A stretch of DNA of 64,000 nt, from the NCBI GenBank assembly GCA_951406725.2, contig OX597823.1, positions 97,836,001 to 97,900,000 of the forward strand. Reading direction: 5' to 3'. Of the stretch, positions 9,915-21,900 are shown one piece after another (position 1 is the first letter of the stretch; each line of letters opens with the position of its first letter). Position numbers and translations under genes: made by a program. The DNA is from Octopus vulgaris (lineage: Eukaryota). Under the pieces are notes generated by a model. It saw nothing but the letters and a program-made list of their open reading frames with translations, was not told the origin of the DNA and made no database searches.

Positions 9915-12900
9915 GTTGTGTGATATTGCTTTTTTTGTTTTCTTAATTGTATTATATTTCTTTGATTGAGAAAATACATCTTAAAACGAAAGAAAAGATG
10001 GAAAGACTTCCATTTGTAGCCCCACCGTAAAATTTGGAAGTCTTTCCGAAAAGATTTCGTTTTTAATAGGAAAGAAGTCCAAAAGAATTATATTGTCTTG
10101 GACAATCCTTCGATATTAGTCATTCACCCACACAACTTTCCCTCATGTCATAGATAAAGAGGTTTAAGAAACGGTGAATTACGTTGTCTCTTCACACCAA
10201 CGCTCTAGACCAATACCGAAAGAACGCCTTTTATTGATTGTTATGTTTTATCTTATATGTTAAGTTTTAATTGATTAGGTCAAAGTTAAAACAAAGCGAC
10301 TTTCCCATTTTTTTTATGTTTGTAAATTTGGCGTTGAACAAATTTTTTAAAATTGTTAGTAAATACGGAATTCTTTTGCTTTTGCAGTCTTTTTGTTTTC
10401 ATAATGGTTATTGTGATTGAACTGAAAAAGAATTTGTAATAATTATATTAAGTTTCTCAATAACGAATTAGTAAACAATATAAATGGTAAATAAATTTTT
10501 AAAAAACATCAACATAGAACAATAGCACGTGCTTTGACAAGAGTTTTGTAGGAGTTGTCTTTCCCTGAAACGTTCATTTCAATTTAATTCTTATAATTAA
10601 TCCGTTATCGGTATTTAATCTTATTTAATTTGTTCCTATATGGCTTTTAATTGTCCTCAAATCTCTCTCGATCATCCTGTTTGAAATGTAACCAGGAAAA
10701 GACAGGATGGTCATCGTCAGAAGGGTTTATTCGATCAAGCTTGACCTAACACTGAACAATAACAGATGACACATTGATTGTTCCATGAGTCAGTGAGGGT
10801 GCCTCTTAGTAGTCGCTCGATCAGCCAGCTAGAAATAGCAGCCAAATGTACCTCAAATCACTCGAGTTTTAAGCGCTCCTCTACACACACGCACACTTAA
10901 AAAGGCTGTATATAGTCTTTATGGTTGGAAAGCCTTTGATCTTAGGTCTACTGAATCTGAGCTTACCTAGGGCTATATAACAATATGCTGGTCTGATGAG
11001 CCTGCGTGGTAACCCCTTTGTATTCACTTTCCCCGCTTCAAACAGCATCCAGAACTTTCAAATCAAACCCCATATAGATAAGAAAGAATTCTGATTTAAG
11101 CATGCCATGCAACCCCTCATAACCATTTTTATTTTATGGAACTTTCAGAAAATTTTTGCGAATTTGTGTTCACACGGGAATTCATACGGTTATACAACAA
11201 AAACAATAAAAAAAATTTTTGCATGATTTAAGAGCTATTTAACTGTTATTTTTAGCTCATCTCATACCCTCCTCGTTTGGGCGCACATGGTGGAGACGTA
11301 AACCACCCCATCTTTTTTAAAAGAAACCCACGTTTTCGGCTATGGAGAATCCGATTCTGAAAAAAAATAAAAATCGCAATTTCACACACCCACCTCCCCT
11401 CATTTATTCATTTTTTTCACTTTTTTCAGAAATTTCTTTTGGCGAAATACGTAGGAAAATAGGGAGATAGATCTTTTCCTTTTGAATGGCACTTTGTAAC
11501 ATAATTTCTAGGTAACTAAAAAGTTTTAAACTTCGTATACTGGTAGAATGTGTTTATAAAACATCATTTTCTCTTGGCTTTATTGAGAAAATTCTATAGG
11601 TTGTAAGATATTTCGTCTTTAATTTCTAGCATTTCGGCAATTTTAACCAATCGCTGACGTCCATTTAGGTAAACAACATTCTGTGCATAATGAATATGTC
11701 CCTCCTTTAAGAAACAGATTGGGTTTATTTACATTTGTGAAGAAAGAAAGATACCCTTCCCCCACCCCTAACCTTAAATCTAAAATAGATTGAAATGCAA
11801 TAGATCGATACTAGGGTTATAATTATGGGTGACAATTTCATATGACACCGCTACGGAAAATGGGATTTTTTTCTAGCGGTGTCAACTGAAAATGTCACCC
11901 ATAATTATGGCCCTAGTATCGATCTATTGCATTTCAATCTATTTTAGGGTTAGGGTTAGAGGTTGGGGAAGGGTATCTTTTTTTCTTCATAAATGTAAAT
12001 AAACCCAATCTGTTTCTTAAAGGAGGGACATATTCATTATGCACAGAATGTTGTTTACCTAAATGGACGTCAGCGATTGGTTAAAATTGCCGAAATGCTA
12101 GAAATTAAAGACGAAATATCTTACAACCTATAGAATTTTCTCAATAAAGCCAAGAGAAAATGATGTTTTATAAACATATTCTACCAGTATACGAAGTTTA
12201 AAACTTTTTAGTTACCTAGAAATTATGTTACAAAGTGCCATTCAAAAGGAAAAGATTCAGGGAGATTATGATTCTGAAAAAAATCGTTTGTAAAATTTCA
12301 ATTTTTCAAAAAAATATTTGAAAATTATCCCAACCCCTTCCCCTCTCGATTCTACGGCCTTCAAGCAGGCTATCCACATGCTAGAAATAACAGCCAAATC
12401 TCACAGGAATTTGTTAGGCAAAAATAAAATAATGAAAGAAATATCTAAGCAATCTACTCACCTTTAAAGATGGGGAAGAGATGACTAGCAAGTGATAGAG
12501 AAATAGGAGTGGCTGGATGGGGGTGTGGTATATATGTGAGGGCATACATCATGTGCAGATAGGCATGTGAGAGAGTGGAGAAGCCTGCACTTTATATATA
12601 TATATATATAAAGCTGAAGTTGTCTGTGTATGGCAGGTTTGGTAGCCTTCAACTAACACTATCACCTCTGAGACCCTGCGGTGCAAGTTGACCAAAATTG
12701 AGAGTATGATAGAAGGCTTGCTCTTCCCTCCGTAGAAGAAAACAATTCAAATCGGACCATGTTAACACCAAAAATTATTTACATCAAAAAGGTGCTTTTT
12801 TTCTATGAAAATCCCTGTTTTTTACGATTTTTTGACAGCTGTGTCACCATTTTTCGGTGTATTTCAACCAGAAAAATGTTCACTTAAAGAGAATAACAAG

Positions 12901-15900
12901 CTACATAATGCAAAATTTTTACTTTTTAAAAATTCCAATTCTAAAGGGTCGAAACAAACCCGACCAACACCAGGTGATACTGCTAGTATATATATAGTTC
13001 AAATTTAAAGAAAACAAAAACAAAGACAGGTGAAAGAACAACAAGCCGGTGTATTAGTTTAACGCTCAGGAAGAATGGAAAACTCTTTGACAGAAAAGAT
13101 TAAGAGGACAGAGAGGGAGAAAACATTGTAATATATGAGAGGAGTTGGCTTCATTTAGCAAAATGATGGAGAAACATAGCAGCTAATTCCTTTTAATCTT
13201 TACTAATCTGTTATAATAATTCCCTAACTGCACTGTTATAACTTAATCAAACAGTTAATGGTTATTTGCCTTTCTTTCTTTTTTCTTTTTCTTTTTACAG
13301 AGTTCAGATAATGCAGAAGCTGAAGTCAAGAAGCAGAAAACCGTAAGTATGATAATTTTAACTATTTCTTAGAAAGGAGTTGTGGGGAGGGGAGTTCTTT
13401 GTTTTGTTTTCAGAAGGGGAAGGGCAGTGTACATGGCTTTTCTTTTCAGAGCGTTCAAGAATTGTGAGGAAAAGGAAAAGGAGAAGTTATCCTCAAATTA
13501 GAAATAATAGCTAAATGTCTTTCAAATCAACCTATTTAGGGGCTTCTTTGTTGGGTTGTGTTTCAAACTGTGGAGATAAACTGCTGTATTTGATTACATG
13601 TAAGAAGTACTTATTTTTTTTAAATATATCTCAAAAAACTCATCCTAGGACCTATATTAATTACTTTAAAGCACTAAAAGCTCTTTTTCTTGAATATATG
13701 CTGATGAAATTAGGGTGTTTCTGATTTGCCCATGTATCTGTTATACCATGAAATATGGTCATATAGATACCAGTAATATTTTAGAGTTAATTCCAATGAA
13801 CTATATTCTCCAATATAAATGTTTCGCCCTATGTTATTCATAAGAATTTATTGTTGTAATTTGGCAAAAATCATTAAAGTGCAGTATTTAATTAGCCTTT
13901 CACATTCTGTTTATGTTATACTCCTTTATGTACCCTTAAAGCTATCATTCAACATTCAATAAAACAATTTCTGAGGTTGATATCATCATCATCATCATCA
14001 TTCCCTGTCTGTATTCTGTGTTGGTGTGAATTGGATGATTTGACAGTATCCTACAGGTCAGAGGACTGTGTTGAGTTCCAGTGTCCGTTTTGGCCTGGTT
14101 TCTAGGGTTGGGTGCCTTTCCTAATGCAAACCACTTTATAAAGTGTTTTTGATGCTTTTACATGTCACCAGCACTGGTGAGGTCACTAAGTGGCATGCAA
14201 GAGAAGACCACTTGTTTGAGGGAGGTGGCTTTGTGCCAGATGTTGAGAGGAAAGAGCATGCTAGAAGGATCGGAACAGTTGTCTTGCTGTAGAGGAAATA
14301 CATGGCTCCCCCTGCTGGAAAAGGATAAAAGAAGATGGCAGTAATCAGGTGTGAAGATATATGTCCAAGGTAACAAGTGGGTGAATATGAATGTGGGGAG
14401 GATAGGGACAGAGGAAAGGTGAGGGGAATAGGGAGAGCAACAGATGAGTTGAGGAAGAGAATAGATGATGCAATGAACAGCAAACAGGGATGATTGACTA
14501 AAACCTTTGATGATGATAATGATGATATCTTGCATGGCTGCAGTCCAAAGACTAAAGAACTACAAATGGTGATCTCAAGCTCAGCAATATCTTTCAGCAT
14601 TTTTAAACCAGAATAGTTTGTGACAGTATACAGTAAGCACATTAGACAATGTATTAGACAATGTATACAGTAAGCACATTAGGCAATGTGTGTTGAGATC
14701 AGTAGATAAAGAACGGTAAGGTTATTTGATCGTGTATGTTGTCATTAATCATTTCACTTGTAGATTTATGAAATTTGTAAAATTGCTGTTGTTGATTCTT
14801 TCAAAAGGATGCTGAGAAACAAGAAGGTTCTGCAGATAAAGATGGCAAGACTCACAACCTAAAAGTTATATCCTGGAATATTAATGGAATTCGAGCTTTC
14901 TTGGGTGTGAGTACAATAATGTGAAATCATTTATATATTACTAGCACTATGACCCGGCAACGCCAGGTCATAGTGCTAGTGCATGCATATACAGCTGCGT
15001 GTGTGCACACATACACGTGAGTACTGTCCAAATCTCCGACCAGTCACATACAGCTAGCTGGCATTCAATTGGCATATCAAGTTTCGGGCATTTTGATTGG
15101 GTTTTGGATAGAAAATTCACAAAAAAGTCACTTCTATTGATTTTTTAATGGCTTTGTTGGGTGACTGGGGAAATGTAAAGATGTGCACGACCACCCTTGG
15201 ACAGTTTTGAATGACCATAGAAAGTGCGAGCCCTCTAACTGAAAAATTGTGGATTTGTATAAAGGACACACACGCAGACATTTTGCCATTTATATATAGA
15301 GAGATTTCTATTCACTTTTCATCAGAGAGTTTAAGTAACACCTAATTTGAAAATTATGATGACTTTGTTCAGTCAAGAACACACATAAATAGTAAAGAGG
15401 GCAAAACTGCACCGTCCACATATGACACCTAGCTTCATTCTATGCCTGAGAATTCTGCTACTAAGAACAAGAACGGTTAAGAAGATATCTGAATTTGCTA
15501 CCTGCTGAATATTTGCAATATAAACACAGACGTGGTTAAGAAGCTCACTTCAGAACCACATGGTTTCAGGTTCAATCCCACTGTGCAGAATCTTGGCCAA
15601 GTTCCTCCTACTATAGCCCCAGGTTGCCCAAAGTCTTGTGATTAGATTTGCTAGATGGAAACTAAATGAAGCTCATGTATTTATATTCATTTTGCCTTGT
15701 CTTTGACATCACGCACTTCTTGTAAACAAATGTCCCCATCTTGGAACTGGTTCCTCACACTTGCAGTATTTCATGAAACATGTCTAGCTATTTCACCAGT
15801 TGCACCAACATCTATTTTTGTGAGTTCCTTGGCTTTGTGGATAAGAAGTTTTCTTCCACATTCAATATCCCTGTGTGGCACATTGGGCAAAAGTTTTCTG

Positions 15901-18900
15901 CATCAGGCGCAGTCCTACCAAACACTTGTGTGTGAATTTGGTGGATGGAAACTGAGAGGAGCCTGTCATGTGTATGAGTTGGTGCCTCCTCGTCCTAATA
16001 TCACGTGATTGTGGCAAGCATCAGTCATCCAAGCAGTATCCAATCTTCCCTATGAACATGCCCAACCAAGGGGAAATATTAATTTACTACAAAACAGTCG
16101 AGAGATGGCAACAGAAGGTTTATCTGGCTGTAGAAAATTCTGCCTCAGCAAATTCCAGCAAATGTTAATTGAGAGGAAATAAATGTAGAACTAATTAAAG
16201 AAAAAAAAATGACTATTTAACATAATTTCCTTGATATTGTAAATTTTATATTTTTATAATTATAGAAAAAAGGATTTGACTATTTCAAGAGAGAGGACCC
16301 AGATATATTTTGTCTTCAAGAAACAAAATGCCCTGAATCCCAAGTCCCCGAAGGTTGTAAAATCAAAGGTTACCATAATTACTGGTACAGTGCTGAGACT
16401 GATGGTTATGCAGGATGTTGTTTGTATAGCAAGAAAGAACCGATCTCTGTCACCAAAGGAATTGGTAAAGTTCAGTTAATTTCTTTAATCTTTCATGTCT
16501 TCTTTTATGCGCATTATATCTACTTGTTAATAGTGTGTCTTCATCATCATCATCATTTTAATGTCCACTTTTCTGTGCTTACATGGGTTAATCGGAATTT
16601 AAGGCAGATTTTCAATGGCCAGATGTCCTTCCTGTTGCTAATCTCACCTGTTTCCAATTAAGGTAATATTTCTTCAGTTGTGGAAGCAAAATCTAGAATT
16701 GAAGAGCCTTGAAATTAACCTAGCAAAAACCAAAGTCTTAGTAAGGAGGAAAGCAGACAAATCACAAATCCCCTGAGGTAGATGTTACTGCTTGATCTGT
16801 AGGAAAGGCGTTGGTAGAAATGCCATAAAATGTACCCAGTGTAAGCTATGGACACACAAGAGATGCAGCAATATTAGAGGAAGGTTAACAGGGAAACTAG
16901 TTTTTATGTGTGGAAGGTGTACCGGTACAATTAACACTAAAAATGTACAGATTATAGACTCCATCAAATGCCTGGGGAAAAAACTAGTTGTTCATATCTT
17001 CTAATACATAGGTGACCAAGTCAGTAGTGGGGGTGGATGCTCAGAGAGCGTAGCTGCTTGAATAAGAATAGGCTGGGAAAAGTTTAGAAGGCTCTTACCT
17101 CTGTTGACAATAAAGAGCCTCTCCCTTAGAGTGAAAGGCAGATTGTATGATGCCTGTGTTGCGAACAGCCATGCTACATGGTAGTGAAACATGGGCTATG
17201 ACTGCCAAGGCCTTGTGTAGGCTTGAAAGAAATGAAGCTAGTATGCTTTGCTTGATATGCAATGTCAGTGTGCATGCACGACAGAGTGTAAATGTCTTGA
17301 GAGAAAAGTTGGGCATAAGATGTGGTATGCAAGTGATGACTTTACATGGATGTGTTAAGAAATGCCGATCTCTACCAGTGAAAGGAAACTGTGGAAGGAA
17401 GACAAGGAACAAAGTGTTGAAGCATGATCTTCAAACGTTGGGCCTTGTGGAGGCAATGACTAGTGACCGAGACCTATGACGATATGCTTGACAAGACCTG
17501 TCAAGCCAAGTAAAATCATAGTTATGGCTGTTGTTGGTAACACATAACTGGCACCCATGCCAGTGGCTCATATAAAGCACCTTTTGAGCGTTGGGTCTCA
17601 CGGAGGCAATGACAAATGATTGAGACCTTTGGCAATATGCTGTGCTTGAGAAGAAAGATCCATCAAGCCAATGAGGTTGATGCCAGTGTAGCATAAGTAG
17701 CACCTTTCAAGCGCTGGGCCTCATGGAGGCAATGGCAAATGACAGGTGAAATCATAGTTGTGGCAGATACTGGTGTCATGCCAGTGGCATGTAAAAGCAC
17801 CCATTACACTCTCAGAATGGTTGGCATTAGGAAGCATCCAGCTATAGAAGACATGCCAAATCAGACTGGGGTCTGAAGCAGCCCCTCAGCTTACCAGCCC
17901 TGGTCAAACCATCAAACCCATGCCAGTATGGACAAATGGATGCTAAATGATGATGATGATGGTGGTCAGATGTTTTCACTGATTGAAAATGAAGGTCACC
18001 ACTTTCAGGATGGTGGCACCTGTTTCCAACTGTCATGCAGTGTCAAGACAAAGAGACACGAACACACACACACACACACACATATATGTAATACAACAGG
18101 TTTCCTTCAGTTTCCCTCTGCGAAATCCACTCACAAGGTTTACATCAGCCTGAGACTATAGTAGAAGACACTTTCCACAGGTGCCACATAGTTGGACTGA
18201 AATCGAAACCATCTGGTTGGGAAGTAAAATTTCCAATGGCACAATGCATGGCTGTGTAGTTAAGTTTACTTCCCAACCTTTTATGTCTTTTACAGTAGCT
18301 TCAGCCTGACTACAAAAGCTTTGCGAATGGGTATGGTTGACAGAAATTGAAACAAGCCCATCACCCACCCACACACACACACACACTTGTATGTATATGT
18401 CTAGGAGAAGTATTTGTGTATCCTTATCTTAGCATCATTATACATTGCTTAGAGTCAGTTTAATTGAGGATGCCATTACACCTCCTCTGACCATCTCCCC
18501 ATCATTCTTTGTATCACTCATGGATTCAGTTTCCAACATACTTTTCATTTACCATTACCACTCAGATCATAATGTAATCCTTTTTCATGCCCTGATGATC
18601 TTCCACCCAAGGTATTTTGAAATGCAAGCTTATATATCTATATATGTTTTGTAATTTAAATTGGATGCGAAACGAAACAGTTGTAGGTGAAGATGTTAAT
18701 TAATTAATTTGTTTCCATTGAATCTCTCTGTTTTCAAACCTAATAATTACATGCACGCACACACGTATAAATGATTCATGCTGTTTCTTTTTAGCTCTAG
18801 TTTTCAAATCTAGAAGACATAAATTTCAGTCATGCAAAAATGCTTGTTTATCAACAGCAACATTTTCATATCTTGTGAGAGCTAGATGAAAATAATCACA

Positions 18901-21900
18901 AATTTGAGTGTCTTTATGAAAAATAAAGAGAAAGTACTTGTAGCAAATGTGAGCCCACAAACCATACAGATGCTCCATAACACACATAGTAAACTATATT
19001 ACTTCGTCCAAGAGAGTCTGTACACTAGGACTTTTGTTATTTCAGGAATTGAGAAACATGACAAAGAAGGAAGAGTTATCACTGCCGAGTTTGAAAAGTT
19101 CTATGTTGTCACAACCTGTGAGTAACGTTTACAGCTAACTTTTAATTGTTTAAATGTTATCCTTGCACGAGAGACAACAGCTATGTGAGTTGCTTTGGAA
19201 TTTTTTGTGTTTTTTTTTCTATGATAGAAACACTCATTTTAAACTGTTCATATCTAAATTAAAACTTAGTGTCAGCAGCCAGCTCAATATACATTAATAA
19301 ATGAAACAAAGTGGTTATATTAAATATTTCTTCCATATTCTTTATGGTTTTCAAAACTAATTAAAACAGTGAAAATACAGACTAACAGAGAAAGTAAGCT
19401 TCATATTTGCCATTTTCATTAGTGAACACACCAGGAATAGATTCTCTTAAATGCCGAGATGGCTCACTTGAAGTAGTTGATAGCTTTTGTTAGCTAGATG
19501 TAATTGACAAACAAGGTAGTTTGTGTCAAAAGTATAGCAGCCTGGCTAAGAACAGGTTGGGAAAAGTTCAGGGAACTTCTACTATTGCTGGCAACGAAGG
19601 TCTTTTTCTTCAGAGTAAAGGACAGATTGTATGATGCTTGTGTTAGGAATATGATGTTGCACGGCAATAAGACATGACCTTTATGCAGAGGACTTTAGAA
19701 AACTGGAAAGAAATAAAACCAGCATGCTCTAATGGATTTACAATGTAAGTGTGCATGGACAACAAACTACAAATATGTGGAGGAAAAAATTGGGCATAAG
19801 AGGCATCAGATGTAGTACATAAGAAGGAAGACTGTGCTGGTATGGGCATGTGATGCACATGGATGAGGGCAGCTGTAGAAAGAAGTGCTTCTTCTCATTT
19901 TAAATGGACAGAGCTTGCAAAAGAGAGAAACCCAGGAAGTAGTGAATGCTGATCTTGATTGTCACATATGTGCAGTAAAATCGTGGCATGTAGGGCCTCA
20001 CAGAGGAAATGACAAAGACTGAGACTTCTCAGATATGCTGTGACTGTGAAGACCCAACAAATGAAGTGAGTTCATGATTCGCAAGACGACCTGCTGTGCT
20101 AACCTTGGATCGTAGAGTGACCCGCTGTTCTTGAGGAGACCAAAATGAAAATCAAATGGAAATTGTAGTTAAGATACTCATGCCGGTGACACGTTAAAAG
20201 CACCGTCCAAATGAGGCAGATGCCAGCGCCGCCTGACTGGCGTCCGTGTCAGTGACATGTAAAAGCACCAACCGATTGTGGCTGTTTGCCAGCCTGCTCT
20301 GGCCCCACTACACTCAGAGTGGTTGGCGTTAGGAAGGGCATCCACTGCCAAACCAGACTGGAGCCTGGTACAGCCTCCATGGCTTACCAAACCCCGGTTG
20401 AACCGTCCAACCCATGCTAGCATGGAAAACGGACGTTAAATGATGATGATGATGACTTACTCTATTGGTCTCTCTGGCCGAACTGCTAAGTCACAGGGAC
20501 AGTTCGACCGGGGTCTGGGAAGCCAGGAGGCTGCACCATGCACCAGTCTGATCTGGCAGTGTTTCTACAGCTAGATGCCCTTCCTAACGCCAACCACTCC
20601 ATGAGTGTAGTGGGTGCTTTTTACGTGCCAGGGGAGGCTGGCAGTGGCCCACGATTGGTTGGTGCTTTTTACGTGCCACTGGCACAGAAGCCAGTCAAGG
20701 CAGCACTGGCATCAGCCACGTTCAAATGGTCCTTTTTATGGTAATAAGTAGGAAATTACATCCAAAGAAAATGGATATTTTGATGTTGAACTGTAGCAGA
20801 TGTGGGACATTCATTTTATTGAAACCACAAATAATGTTAGATTAAAGATTAAATGGATTAAATTTTAAAAGATTTGGAATTTTTACCTTTATTTTTCCTT
20901 CTCTTTTCTACAGATATTCCTAATGCTGGCAAGAAATTAGTCCGATTGGATTACAGAATCAAAGAATGGGATGTGGATTTCTTAGACTATCTTGTCAAGT
21001 TAGATGAAAAGAAACCTGTCATATTATGTGGAGATCTGAATGTTTCACATCTTGAAATAGGTAAGTGTTCTGGGTTTTTTTTTATCTGTTTCTGTGTTAA
21101 GGTTTATGTTTTGTATGTTGCATTGTTCAAGGCAGGCTAAGAACTGAGGTCTTTTAGACTCCTAACCCTTTGCCATTCAGATTCTTCTGTCAAATGAAAA
21201 GCTTATTTATTCACAATATTTTGAATTAATCGTGCATTATCACTTAGTTTTGAGATTTTGTTTATTTTTAGAATGACATTGTAGGGTAGGCACGAGTGGC
21301 CAGATCTGGCCAGTTTGAACCCAAAACTTGTTTTGAACATACATAAAACAAATAGAATATTTGAAACGTATTTTGAAAGTAAGACAAAAGTTCACTTTGC
21401 AGCCACATGTCTCTGTATATATATTGATGTTTATATATCCAATATGTATTTACATATGTAGCTATATACAAATATACAGCAGCTACATGTATACACACAC
21501 ACATCATCATCATCATCGTTTAACATCCATTTTCTGTGCTAGTATGGGTTGGACAAGAAATCATTGTCAGCAGTGGGATATATAACATTGTCTATACCTA
21601 CACATGCATACACTTTTTTATGAGAAATAAAATCTTCCTTGTTGAATTCATTCCAGATCTAAAAAATCCAAAGAATAATAAGAAAAATGCTGGATTTACT
21701 CAAGAAGAAAGAGATGGATTTAGTAAGATGTTGGATAAAGGATTTGTTGATTCATTTCGACACCTGTACCCCAAGAAAACAGATGTTTTTACCTTCTGGA
21801 CATACATGATGAATGCTAGAGCTAAAAATGTTGGATGGTAAGTTTTATTGTGAATTTAATTAGATATAGGCACACACGTGGCTGGGTGGTTAAGGAGCTT

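Noticed and set aside
10985-11050. Hammerhead at CTGATGAG
   Set aside because: No GAAA/stem III/UH arrangement downstream
11943-11968. Telomeric TTAGGG repeats
   Set aside because: Only 2-3 units, internal to a MITE arm
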